This document shows, in pieces, positions 37,296 through 50,358 of a DNA stretch of 64,000 bases; position 1 is the first letter of the stretch; the number at the start of each line of letters is the position of its first letter. The DNA is from Podarcis liolepis (Eukaryota): assembly GCA_965112155.1 (NCBI GenBank), contig OZ218104.1. The stretch is one strand, 5' to 3'. A program made the position numbers and the translations under genes. The notes below the pieces were generated by a model. The model did not search any database, was not told where the DNA came from, and saw only the letters and a list, made by a program, of their open reading frames with translations.

Positions 37296-39761
37296 AGCCT
37301 CAAAATGCACACCCTCACCTCTGGAATGCAAAAGGAAGGAAGGAGTTTCATCCACTCATTTGCTTCAGCCTCCCACCCTTGAGGATAATTGCAGCAAAGG
37401 AACCCTGAATGAACAGGGGACAGAAGTGCTACATTCTTCAGTGAGTGAAGGATGCTGCCATCGCATGCCTTGACTCCAGAGACCGTCAAACGAGTCCCTA
37501 TTGTCCTGCTTGGTGCTGTTTTGACCTCATTAGAGAAAGGCTTGGAAAGGAAAGCACTGCGTTTAGCTGTAAATTCAACGCTTTGCTCAGCTAAGGGGCC
37601 TGCCTTTTCCTTCCCCAGAAGGTTGACTCTTGTAGGCAATCGTATCGCAACTTTCAAAGCAGAAGAATAGGCTTGTGCCATGTCGTAGGACTGCCTGAAA
37701 AATAAACAAATCCACTTTCTGAACCCTTGAGTGTGGATTTCCATCATTTGGTACACTTAATAGTGGGTATTTTTGCAACCCTCCCACACACTTGAGGCAT
37801 TGTGTGAGGTGGTGGTGTCGGCAAGGCAAAAATCCTTTGCTGAGACTGTGAAACCTCAGGGGAAGAGGAAAGTGGTTTTGCCATCATGGTTTTATAAATT
37901 TAGAAGGAACAAGTGTGTGTGTATGAGCACACACATGCACCCGTGTTTGTTTCTCATGAACTGTGGATGGAGACCACTCTAGAGGTCATGAGTTGCATCC
38001 ATTGCAAGTCCAACTCACAGTAATCGCATCAAAGTTAATGGACTCAGGCCTTAGCTGGATACTATCCCATACCAATGGGGCATGTCGTTTTAGGGAGTGT
38101 ATTCCTCCCCCCCCCCCAGTGAAGAGTCTTAAAAATATGTTTTTGGTTGTGAGGAATCGAAATCTGCTATTATTTTGTGACTGGACAACATTTAGCTTGG
38201 TAAGTCAACGTTTGATGAAGAAGCACATAAACTGCTTTCGGAAAACCAAAGAATTTTGATCTTACCTTCTGAAAATGTGAGGTAATGCTAAATAATGATG
38301 AAAATAAACAACAACAGCAACAAGAACATCATTCATATATAATATAACTACAAGTTCTTGGTAATACTTTTTAATGATTCTTGTGCAATTTTATGCATTT
38401 TCTTTTTTTACTTACCAAGCAAAACTAAATTATAATTATAATCAAAATATCTTTTGACTTCCCAAGTCACTTCACAACTTTTCAGCACCCCTCATTTTTG
38501 GAATTTGAAAGCTGAAAAATTCAACATGCCTCACCATACCATTAGGTTTGTGAGGCTGTAATTAGTGGCCGACTCCTACCAGTTTTTACTGTTCCCTCCC
38601 CCTCTCATTTCCCCTTCTGTATTATGTCGATTACATTGTAAGCCTGCTGGCAAGGACTGTGTAGCTGTTTGCTTGGTTGGTTTTTTTAATTGTGCAACAT
38701 CTTAGAAATGGACTTAAACAATCATAATAATTCCTTTAAATGGAAATCTAAAATGGGTGCAAGCCATGTTTGCTTAACTAGAACACCTCCAGTGAAGGTT
38801 AGCCCATTGGTGATTGGGGGACTTCTCTACCAATCTCATTCTGTCTTCAGACAGCCCCCACCTGTCTACTCTCTGACTTAAGAGGGGGTAGCCTTGGCTG
38901 TCAACCTCCTCCTTAGTCTCAGCACTGGCTATGTGAAACTCAACAAGGAGGAGGATGGGGACAAAATGAGAATTAGATGCCTGCCATTGGCTCTGGCTCC
39001 ACCTGCTGCTGGGCTCCTTGCTTTCACACAATTAGTAAATTGTGTGATTTCACACAATTAGTAAATTTTAACAGCAATCCACATTGAAAGAGAGGTCATC
39101 GCAGTCCATAATCCACCCAATTAGTAACAATTAAACTGCCCCAAACACCTAAAATTAAAGCCAGCATCAACATTATTATAATTAGTCAGCTTATGTAATA
39201 ACAGAGAAGAGGACAGTAATTAGTATAGATAAAGCAAAAGCTGAAATTCCTCTAATAATTAACTTGTTGTTGGTCAGAGTTCTGAATAGTGTGAAGGTCT
39301 CTCCTTCTGGTGCTCTTTGCCACTCAGTAGCTTTCCATCATCCAGTCACATATTTAATTAAGATATGGTAATTAGTGATAAGAATTAGTGATGTTACACT
39401 GCACGGTGACCAGAGTTCATAATTAGAACTTCTGTGGCAGTCTTGCTGATAGTTACTAGTAATAATTATAGAGATGTTAATTGAAAAGTGTGAGACTGTT
39501 GGTATTAAGGTTCATATAAATCAGAGCTTCTACAAAAGAAGAAGACCAATTTCATTGAAGGGATGTTCACCAGGAGGATTAGTCCATTGTTAGTATAGGA
39601 ACATGTGATACTGGAGACAGACAGTCAGGTCGTGTACCCACAGCAGTGACCAGAGGAGGAGCAACCGCTGGGAGGAGCGCAGAGAGAAGAAACACCATTG
39701 TGCTCCTGTAGCACCAATACCTTCATTTGCCCCAGCTGCAACAAAACATGTTTCTCCCGTA

Positions 39762-40071
39762 TCAGAGAAGATTAAAAAAAGATCTGCAAATATGGAGCAG
39801 AATGCAACTGTCTCTGTTGGGTAAAATTTCGGCTGTAAAAATGAACATACTCGCCAAAATACTATTCCTATTCCACGCAGTACCTATAGTTAATAACATT
39901 TGAAACTTTAAGGAATGCAAGAAACATCTATCTAGGTTTATTTGGCAGGGGAGTAAACCCAGGATAAAACATAACATTATGATCAATACCAAAGAGAGAG
40001 GGAGTTTTGCTTTCCCTGAATTACAATTATATTTTGACGCATCGTGTTTATGGTGGTTGAAAGAATGGATT

Positions 40072-40119
<48 letters not shown>

Positions 40120-41600
40120 TTAACACCCCACCCATCTGGCTGGGTTTCCCCAGCCGCTCTGGGCGGCTTCCAACAAAGATTAAAAATACATTAAAACATC
40201 AGTCATTAAAAACTTCCCTAAAGAGAACAGCCACTTGTTACACCTTGAAGGGCACAATCTAAAATTTGTATGGCATGTGTGCCTGTGGTATGGGAAGGCT
40301 AGGATATATAAGAGCTTTTTAAACCACATAATCAGGAAAAATCTTTATAGGGTATGGGAAAAATATAAAAAACTATTAGAAAGGAAAGATGTGGCTGTCA
40401 CCAACAGAAGCATTGGCAAGGAAAAAAATTAACATACAGACAAATGTTAGACAAGGCAAGGAGTACTTATAGAGACTTGCTAAAAGTCACTGGGGAGGTT
40501 TACAGACTGAAAGAGTATGGAGAGATAAAAGATCAAGTGACAGATTGGTTAAGTTATCATCAGTTGAGTGCAATATTTAAGCTAGATAAAAAACCATGGA
40601 TTTGCGGAACAAAATTTGCAGTTTGAAATGGTGTTATTAGGATCCAGATTAAAATATTATCTAAAATGTATAATTTATTTACTTGAGTGGGACACAATGG
40701 AGAAAATGGTAAAATCATCAATGATAAGTTGGGTCAGGGATGTTGGATACAATGCTGATTTTGCAGTATGGGAACAACTGTGGAAAGTAACTATAAAGTT
40801 TAGAGCATGCTACATGTTAAGAGAAAGCTTTATTTTGATGCAGCATGGGTGGTATTTGACACCTAAAGGTTAGCAAAAATGTAAAAATCAATAAAAGGTA
40901 ATTGTTGGAAATGCAAGACAGCAGAGGGTACCTTCTGCCACATGTGGTGGTTGTGTAGCATAATTAAAAATTATTGGGAAATGATCCATAATGAACTTTG
41001 ATGATGGAATGATCCATAATGTTTAAGAAATCCTTTCCTAAAAACCCAGAAGCCTTGTTGTTGGGGTTAATAACAGCAGCAGTCACCAAAAAAAGAGAGG
41101 AATCTGTTCCTTTATGCGACAACAGCTGCCCATATGTTATTAGCACAAAAAGGGAAAACAGATTAGGTACTGATGAAAGAGGAATGGCACATTAAATTAT
41201 TAGACTATGCAGAGTTAGCAGGGATGACAACTAGAATAAGAAATCAAAATGACGAAGGATATAAAGATACTGTTTATTGAATATATGGATAAGTATTAGA
41301 AGCAAACAGTCAGCTTAGCAGGATGGTGAGATTTTCAGCAGTGTAAGAAATAATGAAAGTTTATAAAAGTAGTTGCGATAGACGGGGTGAACCAAGGAAA
41401 TGCAAGAAAAAGAGCAGAAAAGAGGAACCATGGAAGGACGGAATGGGAAGTCAGGTAAGGAATAATATCTGAATTTATGCATATTCTTTGATATCTTAGA
41501 ATTGCCACTTTTAATTTATTGCAGAGGTTCTTTTCTGTTTGCACTGTCTTTGTTAACGTTTTGCTGATACGAAATTCATTAGAAATAATAATTTTTTAAA
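39762..41600 (+). mobile_element. Degraded L1-clade LINE, ORF2 3' half and 3' UTR
   Basis: IKKDLQIWSRMQLSLLGKISAVKMNILAKILFLF..., RGSFAFPELQLYFDA and CWKCKTAEGTFCHMWW, with many stops and frameshifts. Confidence 0.88.
40072..40220 (-). mobile_element. L2-type 3' end with (TTA)n tail nested in the L1
   Basis: (TAA)n followed by CCCCACCCATCTGGCTGGGTTTCCCCAGCCGCTCTGGGCGGCTT, interrupting the L1 frame after WWLKEW. Confidence 0.7.
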
Positions 41601-42067
41601 AATTCAAGTCCAGGTGCTACATATTTTCTTCCAGGCCAGCTGGTGGATTTAAATTGTTGTCTTAGTTCAAAAACCCTTTCCAGAATAAATCAATTGGGTG
41701 CTTCCCTGCTGCATTGCAATGTCTGACAGCACTTTGCCTGTCTGCAAGGCATGCACCAAAGCAATGCCTGACAGCTCACTGATTTTTATCAGCAAGGGCT
41801 CAGAAGTCCTTACCTGCACCTCAGCTCAGGTGCGCATTCCAACCCATATGGAGACCCCGGACAGCAGGGTCAGGAGGAGGAGGCAGTGCTCTTCCAAGCT
41901 GTGCTCCTGCCCAAGTTCTCCCTTCCTTCCTTGAATAGCTCATATGCACTACAAGTGGTTTCTGGCTTCTGCCTCTTCCACCGAGAATTGAGCTATATCG
42001 TACAAAGGAGACTGACAGGCAGTGGAAGCCTCTCATGTGCGAAACTCTCCAAGGATGCTGACATGGC

Positions 42068-42769
42068 CTTTATTTCTTACAATTATATCCCGCCTTACCT
42101 CCAAGGAGCTCAAGGTAGCACACATACTTCTCCCCACACCTTTTAATCCTCACAACAACCCTGCGAGGTAGGTTAGGCTGAGAGGGCAGTGATTGGCCGA
42201 AGGCCACTGTCAGCTGCTGCTGGTGGTTGCTCGTGAGTAACCAGTCAGGACTCTGACCTGTCTTTTACAGGTTTTAATGTGCAAACTATTTACAGTGCGG
42301 ATCTACAAAGTTCATGTCCGTCTTAGTCACTTGCAGAATCTGGGAGTGGCCAGCTTCTCCCTGAACATAAGAACTTCAGCACTCCTCCTCCCCTCCTTGC
42401 GTTTCATCCCTCCGTGCAAGCTGGGCGACGGAAGTGGCGCGCGTCCCTCCTGGCCAGCCTGGCGAAGCGAGATGCTGGGGCTCTCAGCAGCATCCTCGCA
42501 CCCTTCCCTTGCTTGGCTGGCCCCTTCCCTCTCTTCTCCACTGGAGGTGTGGCTTTTCCCATCGCTGGAAAAGGAACTGCTCCTCAAGAGTTTCAGAGGC
42601 TCTCTGTATCCCAGCGGCCCCCCTGCCACCCTCCCCTGTTCTGATGGCAGTTCCCTGACAGGTTGAGAGGGCAGTGACTGGCCGAAGGCCACCCAGTGAG
42701 CTTCATGGCTGAGTGGGGATTTGAACCCTGGTCTCCCAGGTCAGAGTCCAGCACTCTTAACCACTAGAC
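42068..42769 (-). mobile_element. tRNA/CORE-type SINE split by a solo LTR
   Basis: Tail half at 42068-42207; head half at 42661-42769 (GGATTTGAACC is the antisense B box). Confidence 0.8.
42208..42660 (-). mobile_element. Solo LTR (Gypsy-like)
   Basis: 453 bp bounded by inverted TGTCAG...CTGACA; ATTAAA near the minus-strand 3' end; cleanly interrupts a SINE. Confidence 0.75.
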
Positions 42770-43032
42770 CAGGGGTGGCCAACTCCCAAGAGATTGCGAT
42801 CTACTCACAGAGTTAAAAACTGGCAGTGATCTACCCCATTTTGGGGGGTTCAGGTCAAAGTTGTTGAGCACTTTTTTTAGGAAGGAAGGCCCTGTCAAGG
42901 TTGATGTTGAGCTTTTTTAGGGGAGCCAAAGTTGTTGAGCTTCTTTGGGAGGAGCCATTGATCTGCCAGTGATCTACCACAAACGTCCAGTGCTCTACCA
43001 GTAGATCACAATCTACCTGTTGGACGTGCCTG
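42770..43032. mobile_element. hAT MITE
   Basis: CAGGGGTGGCCAAC...GTTGGACGTGCCTG with 8-bp TSD CACTAGAC (42762-42769, 43033-43040). Confidence 0.88.
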
Positions 43033-44024
43033 CACTAGACCATACTGGCTCTTGTAGCTGCCAAGTGATTCTCATGGCAGAACGGGGGATATCAGACTCT
43101 CCCACATCCAAACAATCTTGCACTAAAACACACTTATCCAAAAAGGTCCTCTTTCTTTCTTATTGGCAGTTTCTATGGTTATTAGCAACCTTAAGGGTTT
43201 GTTGAGCAAGAGTGACACTAACTGGTTGCGCATGGGGATCCATTAAAGCACCATAAACCATTAGGAAGCTCTTAAGGCATTGGGATGCCTGACGTGTGTG
43301 TGTAAGTCTGCATGCATGCGTGTAGCTGACAAGCTGCAATATGTATATATATGTATAAATTAATGTCAGTGGAGCAGTAATGGGTCTCCCGCAACAGGAG
43401 ATTAAATTCTCTCCACATTTGCTGTGCTTCGGTTAATGTAATTGAGCAATTGATTAGTGTCTATGTATAGGCTGTAATTTATTTGGTACACTTTGAAATT
43501 TAGTCAAGTACATTTAGGAATGCTCTCTATTAATCAGTTCCCACGAATGGATGTGGTGGCGAGGAAGGAGAAAGGTACGAAGTGGAATTTTGAACACCGG
43601 GAAAAGCTATTGGATGTGTAGCAAATCCATTGCTGAATATTCATAGAGGCAAGGCTGTTTTTGTCCAATAGTAGTCAAGAAATTGCTTCTGATCTGAGTG
43701 TATTCTATAGTTTCCAAGATAGTGTTCTGCTTTGATTTTAATTTGCTACTGAGCAAAGCAACCCTAACTACAGGCAGCTGGCAGTTACCCCTATTCCAAA
43801 TTATGTTCAGGAGCCTGACAGAGAGAAAACAAGCCTTTAAAACAGAATCGTACCAATTTTCTTACCAGTGTAGTTTTCGCTGGGTTGTTAGGTCCTGAGG
43901 CTGAGCTGAAAGGGGTTCGAGAGTGGCATACCTCTCCCTCTGCCCTTCCCCATCCCCTTTTCCAGGACTTGCCTCAGCTAATCTGGAATGGGGGCCTTAC
44001 CCCAGTGTATCTTCAGCTAAGCTG

Positions 44025-44152
44025 GAATCACAGAAGGCACCCTGAGGATCATCTAGTCCAGCCCCCTCAAAGCAGGAATCTTTTTGCCCAACATAGGGCT
44101 TGAACCCATGACTCTGAGATTAAGAGTCTCGTGCTCTACCAACTGAGCTATC
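44025..44152 (-). mobile_element. tRNA(Lys)-like SINE with CR1-like tail
   Basis: Antisense GATAGCTCAGTTGGTAGAGCACGAGACTCTTAATCTCAGAGTCATGGGTTCAAGCCC; homologue at 62483-62608. Confidence 0.78.
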
Positions 44153-44413
44153 TTGCTCAGCTGAAGATACACCTCTTGCAAACTTGCAAATCCTAGAAGA
44201 TCTTGGGTACGGATTGCGCGGTGAAGTCTTGTATCTTTCAGACTCTTTTCAACCCAAAGAGGAACTGCCCAACAATTCTTTTTATTTGTGTCATAGAGTT
44301 GTGTTTTGTTTTTATTTTGTTTTGGGAAACTTCATTAAACATTGCTTGTGTTTTTATGTAAACAGGGACCTTTTACCATATTAAGCAGCATAAAACTTTA
44401 AAAATAAACTAGA

Positions 44414-44448
<35 letters not shown>

Positions 44449-45336
44449 TAAATAAATAAATAAGGCAGCTCCTTGTTTCATCTACATTTGTAATGAATGA
44501 CGACTGGCACAAGCCTGGCCCAGGGGAAAGTCTTTCCAAGATAGAAAAGGCCGTTGGTGAACGAGTGATCCTTTGAGACCCTGGCTTTTGTTCAATACAG
44601 CACATATTTTGTTGGGGGAAAAGAGAGGAGGGCTGAGAGAGATCAAAAACACTATTTACCAGAGTTTAAATGTAAATCAGTGACCAGTCTATGTCACAAG
44701 GCAGATTTGCTAAGAATAGCTTGGTTATAGCTGCATTCGGCGACTTTATAGGGCTAAATTCACCAGAACTATCAGTAGACACGAATAATTCATGCGAGAG
44801 GCACTGTATGAGAGAGGAAAAGCAAAAGGGTGGCTCTCACTGTTTAATGTTTCTAAATATTGTATTGTTTTGCCAGTAGACTTGATTGACAGACTTATTC
44901 ACATTTAATGACCAAGATCTTCACAACTCCTTAGAGATAACTCTAGCTGAGCAGAAATTTGTCAGGGAGTAACAACCTTTCCTCATTCAGTCATGTTACA
45001 GGATAACCCATGTAATGGATGTGAGAATCATCACAGCCTTTCTCCCCGCCCGCTGCCTCTTGCAACATCATGCTTATTGAGGCCACAGTAAAAATTAAGG
45101 GCTTGTTGAGGGTTAGAGCCAGACCACTGGTCATTTAGCTCAGTATTTCCAACACTGACTGGCAGCAGCTCTCCAGCAATATCAGGCAGGGGGAGGTTTT
45201 TGGGATCAAATCAAGGAGCTTTTGTATGGAAGGCAGATTCTTAACCACAGAGTTAAGAGCTCTTCACTTGGTGTAAGGAGAGGTGCAAGAAGCAAGGCTG
45301 GAAAGCCATGATTTTATTTTACAAATGCATTTCAAA

Positions 45337-46265
45337 GAATCGTGGATCTGTAGAGTTGGAAGGGTCAACAGCTCCAGCCTCTGCAATGCAGGAATCACAG
45401 CTAAAGAATCCCTGACAGATGGCCATCCAGCCTCTGTTTAAAAACATCCAATGAAGAAGAGTCCACCACCTTCTGAAGTAGTCTGTTGCACTACCAAACA
45501 GCTCTTGCCACCAGGAAGTTCTTCCTCATGTTTAGTCATCATCTCCTTCCTGTCATTTGAATCCATTGGTTCAGGCCCTACCCTCTGAGCAGCAGCAAAC
45601 AAGCTTGCTCTATCTTCCACATGAGAGCCCTTCAGATATTTGAAGATGGCTATCCTATCATTGGGGCGCGGGTGGCGCTGTGGGTTAAACCACAGAGCCT
45701 AGGACTTGCCGATCAGAAGGTTGGCGGTTCGAATCCCTGTGACGGGGTGAGCTCCCATTGCTTGGTCCCTGCTCCTGCCAACCTAGCAGTTTGAAAGCAC
45801 GTCAAAGTGCAAGTAGATAAATAGGTACCGCTCTGGCGGGAAGGTAGACAGCATTTCCGTGCGCTGCTCTGGTTTGCCAGAAGCGGCTTAGTCATGCCAG
45901 CCACATGACCCGGAAACTGTACGCCGGCTCCCTCGGCCAATAAAGCGAGATGAGTGCCGCAATCCCAGAGTCGAGTCAGTCACGACTTGACCTAATGGTC
46001 AGGGGTCCCTTTACCTTTACCTTATCCTATCATCACTCAGTCCCCTCTTCAGCCTAAACATACTTGGCACCCTCAACCGTTCCTCATAAGGCTTGGTTTC
46101 CAGGCCCTTGATCATCTTGGTCGCCTTCCTCTGCACACCTTCCAGCTTGTCAATGCTATTCTTAAATTGCGGTGCCTGGAACTGGACACAGTACTCCAAG
46201 TGGGGTCTGTCCAAGGCAGAATTACGTCCTTTGATCTGGACACTGTATTTCTGTTGATGCAGCTG
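45337..46265 (-). mobile_element. CR1 LINE 3' fragment split by a Sauria SINE
   Basis: [46 protein letters not shown] at 46023-46265; continues at 45337-45661. Confidence 0.9.
45663..46022 (+). mobile_element. Sauria SINE
   Basis: Full length with TSD TATCCTATCAT. Confidence 0.93.
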
Positions 46266-47062
46266 AATCCTCACAGTTGGTGGGTAGCGGGACAGAGAGA
46301 GCGGACAGGTGTGCTCCCTGCATAACTTTAGTATAGTTTTTGAGCTATGGGCTCTAGCGGGGGTAGGCGAACCTTTCAGTTTTGCATTCTCCCAGTTTCT
46401 CATTATTCCGGTCTTAAGTTTTCCCCATTTCTACATCTGTTTGGAATTAAAGAAAGAAAAGTCCTCATGAAAACCCAGCAGCAAGCATCTCACTCTTACT
46501 CTTTCTATCTGCATATCTCCCCTTAGCTCATGAGTGTTCAAGGATGCTCTTGAAAGCAAACAAACCACTTTCTATCTCTTGGTAACACTTTTTCTGCTGT
46601 GCGGTTTTATGGAGAATTGCAGGAGGGGGGAAAATGGGTCAAGAAGAGAAACAGATTGTCCTGCCCAGCCATTTCGCTCAGGGGAGAAGCAGCATTGAGA
46701 GCAGGAGAGCGAGAGAGCATTGGATTAAGCACAAACCATTGGAGAAAAGAGGAAGGTCCCTCTCTTTCAAAAAACAACAACCAACCAACCTATGAGTAAA
46801 AAACCCCAATCATTTATTTTAGCAGAGAAATGCCTATTGAAAGCATCAAAGAGAAACGGAAGTTGCTGCATAGGAAGTTGCTTTATAGTGAATCAGACCA
46901 CTGGTCCATTGAGCTTGGTATTGTCTATGTACACAGATTGGCACTGGCTCCCTAAGATGCTGGCAGGAGTCTTCCCCAGAAGGTCTCCAGCCCTACCTAG
47001 AGACCTTCTGCATGCAAAGCATGAGACGCAACCTTTATTTGAGGACCTAAGAGTCATGTGGA

Positions 47063-47412
47063 GGGACGCAGGTGGCTCTGTGGGTTAAACCACAGAGCCT
47101 GGGACTTGCCGATCAGAAGGTCAGCGGTTTGAATCCCCGCGACGGGGTGAGCTCCTGTTGCTCGGTCCCTGCTCCTGCCAACCTAGCAGTTCGAAAGCAT
47201 GTCAAAGTGCAAGTAGATAAATAGGTGCCACTCTGGCGGGAAGGTAAACGGCGTTTCCGTGTGCTTCTCTGGTTTGCCAGAAGCGGCTTAGTCATGCTGG
47301 CCACATGACCCAGAAGCTGTATGCTGGCTCCCTCGGCCAATAAGGCGAGATGAGTGTCACAACCCCAGAGTCGGCCACGACTGGACCAAATGGTCAGGGG
47401 TCCCTTTACCTT
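47063..47412 (+). mobile_element. Sauria SINE
   Basis: Full length with TSD TAAGA(G/T)TCATGTGGAG. Confidence 0.93.
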
Positions 47413-47859
47413 TAAGATTCATGTGGAGCAGGGGCAGGCTGGAACTACCACATCTTTGTGCACCCAGAACAGGATTGTTTCCCACAATCTCTGATCCTTA
47501 TGGACCACATAAGGAACTTGCCTTATCCTGAGTCAGACCACTGGTCTACCTAGCTCAGTACTGACCAACAGAGAGGGCTTCTCCAGGGTCTCAGAGGGGG
47601 ATCTTTCCTACCTTGAGAAGCTGGAGATGGAGCATGGGACCTTTTATATGCAAATGCATCTTGAAAAAGGGCTGCTGCTCAGTGCTTTGCATGCAGAAGG
47701 TCCCAAATTCAGTTCCCAACGTCTCCAGGCAGCGCTGGGAGCGACCACTGCCTGAACCCCTGGAGAGCCAATGCCAGTCTGTGTAGACAACACAACATCC
47801 CCTGTCACCTGCCAAGGAAAGCTCCCCATTGTTAGCCAGCTCTGGACATATTGCTAAAG

Positions 47860-48490
47860 TTATCACCAAGCCTCCTGTTACAGCATTTCACCAGCTTCCA
47901 GCTGTGCAAACTATCAATGAGAGCTGTAATTAAGCCATCTCCTAGCCATCCAGGATCTCATCCTTGTAACTGCAAATGTTGTGTCCCCTGTGTGTATCAC
48001 ATAGAGGCGGTAACTTTCAAAACCAACTGGCCAGGTGGAACATACTACATCAAACAGAACTTCACCTGCAGATCCTGCAGTGTAATCTATATCACTGAGC
48101 GCAAAGCCCACCTCTCCAGAGTGCATAGGTAAAACTGCAACAGACCTACGCACACGCTTCAGAGACCACAAATGTGCAATTCCGACCAAAAAAACCTGGA
48201 GTTGCTAAACACTTCAGTTCTGAGAACCACAGTCTGACGGACTTATCGATTATTGCTACGAATATGCCAACAGGTCCAACAATGTTAGCAAAGAGAGAGA
48301 ATTTCTGGATATACACACTGGGCTCATTTACAGTGCATGGCCTCAACCAGCCTCACTTAACTTCAGCCCTTCTCAACATTTTATCCCTAAAGCTTTACAG
48401 CTTCCACCTTGGAAACAACATCAGTTCATTTTTATCAAAGCAACTGACGAAGGCAGGCACCAAAACGTTTTGCCCACATAATATATTTTT
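47860..48490 (+). mobile_element. Penelope-like element fragment, GIY-YIG endonuclease region
   Basis: Cys-rich linker PCNCKCCVPC, then FTCRSCSVIYI, IGKTATDLRTRFRDHK and VAKHFSSENHSLTDL...RENFWIYTL...GLN across frameshifts. A decayed hammerhead lies at 48440-48473. Confidence 0.85.
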
Positions 48491-48929
48491 TAAAAACCCT
48501 CTGTTTTAGTGATCAGCTGAGTCCTAAACGAGAACCCAGAGGAAGCTTCCATGACTAGCTTTCATAACTATCTGTTATTATTTATTCATTTATTTTCTGC
48601 AGGCTCATTTAAATATGTCTATGCAGTGTACAAGACCTCATTTAAAACCAAAGCAATGTAACAAGTAAAATCAAAGCAAAACACATCAAAAGAAACACAA
48701 GCACAGAATGGGTCATCCGACCAAGAAGGTTATAAAAAAACAGTGAATTGTTTTCAGAAGCAGGCTTGATGAAATAACCAAGCCCTTAAGTTGGTGCCTA
48801 AAACAAATTACAGATTATGCTAACTTGATTTCATGAGGCAGGGAGTTCCATAGCCCTGGCACCACCACACTAAATGCACAATCTCTAGCTGAGGACAGTT
48901 TGACACTGCTAGGCAGGAGGGAGCGTATA

Positions 48930-49147
48930 CAGTGGTACCTCCAGTTGCGGACGGGATCCATTCTGGAGCTCTGGTAGGATCATAAGGTTTCCACATCCGG
49001 AGGTGCCTGTTCTGCACATGTGCACGGTGCGTAGCGAGCTTCTGCGCATGTGCGAGTGGCAAAACCCGGAAAAACACTACCAGATTTGCCGCTTTTGCAA
49101 CCCAAAGTTTATGTTACCCAAGGGTAACGTAAGCCGAGGTTCTACTG
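48930..49147. mobile_element. Tigger/pogo-like MITE within an old L2-like fragment
   Basis: TA+CAGTGGTACCTC...GAGGTTCTACTG+TA. Confidence 0.82.
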
Positions 49148-49914
49148 TAAAAGGATCTTTTAAGAACCCTGGCCCCATGCTGCTCAGGGGTTTATAAGAC
49201 TAGTAGTAAGACCGTGAGGATAATTCAGTAGTGTGCAGGCAGAAAATGCAGCTCCCTCAACACAGGTGTGGTATGTTGTCAGTAGCCAATGCCTCCCCCT
49301 CTTCAATACCTTTACAATTGTTGTTATAAATCAAAGAGTCTTCGAGAAGGAGCTCACTATTGCCTCCTTCAGAGCATCAGGAACCTCATCCTCATGCAGT
49401 GATGCATTAATCACACTGTGGACCCACCTAGCCATGCCACCTTTGCTAGCTTTTATGATCCAAGATGGACAATGATCAATGGGGCAGGTAGCCTTGTTGA
49501 ATTGCTGCAAGAACCTTTTATCCTGTGCATTTTAGATTTCAGGCAGCACCATTCCTCTAGAAGCCAGGAAGATCACAAAGACTAAGGGGGAGTGTTTTGG
49601 TTCCAAGCTCTGCCTTGTTTTTATTCCGAAGGAAAAAATATTTTTACGAGCAGATGCTTATGAGACAAAAAAGAAAAGAAGACGAAAACCCACCTAATAT
49701 TAGATCAGTGAATGTTTGTTTGTCGATTCAGTTTAAACTGCTTGGTTTCATTCCAGCAATAATTGTTTTCTAATTTGTTCACTTAAGGAGACAACAGAAG
49801 TCTTCTCTGCTGGGGTGTCATTCCCAAAATGCAGATGTGGAGATGTGCACTTGACAATTGGCACACTGGTTCCCAGTACCCACAGTGGGAGTTGTGGGCA
49901 GAGATGCATAGAAT

Positions 49915-50067
49915 CATGGAAACACAGAATCCTAGAGTTGGAAGGAATCCTGGGGATCATCTAGTCCAACCCTCTGCAACGCAGGAATATGCAGTTGACC
50001 CATATGGGGATTGAACCTGCAACCTTGGCATTATCAGACCACACTCTAACCAACTGAGCTATCCAGG
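49915..50067 (-). mobile_element. tRNA-derived SINE with CR1-like tail
   Basis: Homologous to 203-487 without the MITE. Confidence 0.85.
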
Positions 50068-50358
50068 CTTCCAGAGTTCTTCCAAACCCCCACTCCAGGG
50101 GCTCTGGGTGAAATTGGCCTTTATCCTGATGCAATGGGGCTCTTCTTAAGTTCTTAGGGGGTTAAGCATTTGCTCTGCTTGATGACACCTCTCTGTGTTA
50201 ATTATGTGATTTAAAAAGAAGCCCCTCAAGTCCCTGTTTTATGGACAGAGGTATGGCAAGTGTAACTCTGGACAGGCTATCAGGGTCATCAGCCACAGGC
50301 CTTCCTGGAGATAGGCAGCACTGGGTGTTGAAATTTTGCGCCCCCGTAACAATTTGGC

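Noticed and set aside
42277-42692. ORFs of 121-129 aa
   Set aside because: They lie within a GC-rich solo LTR and have no protein motif.
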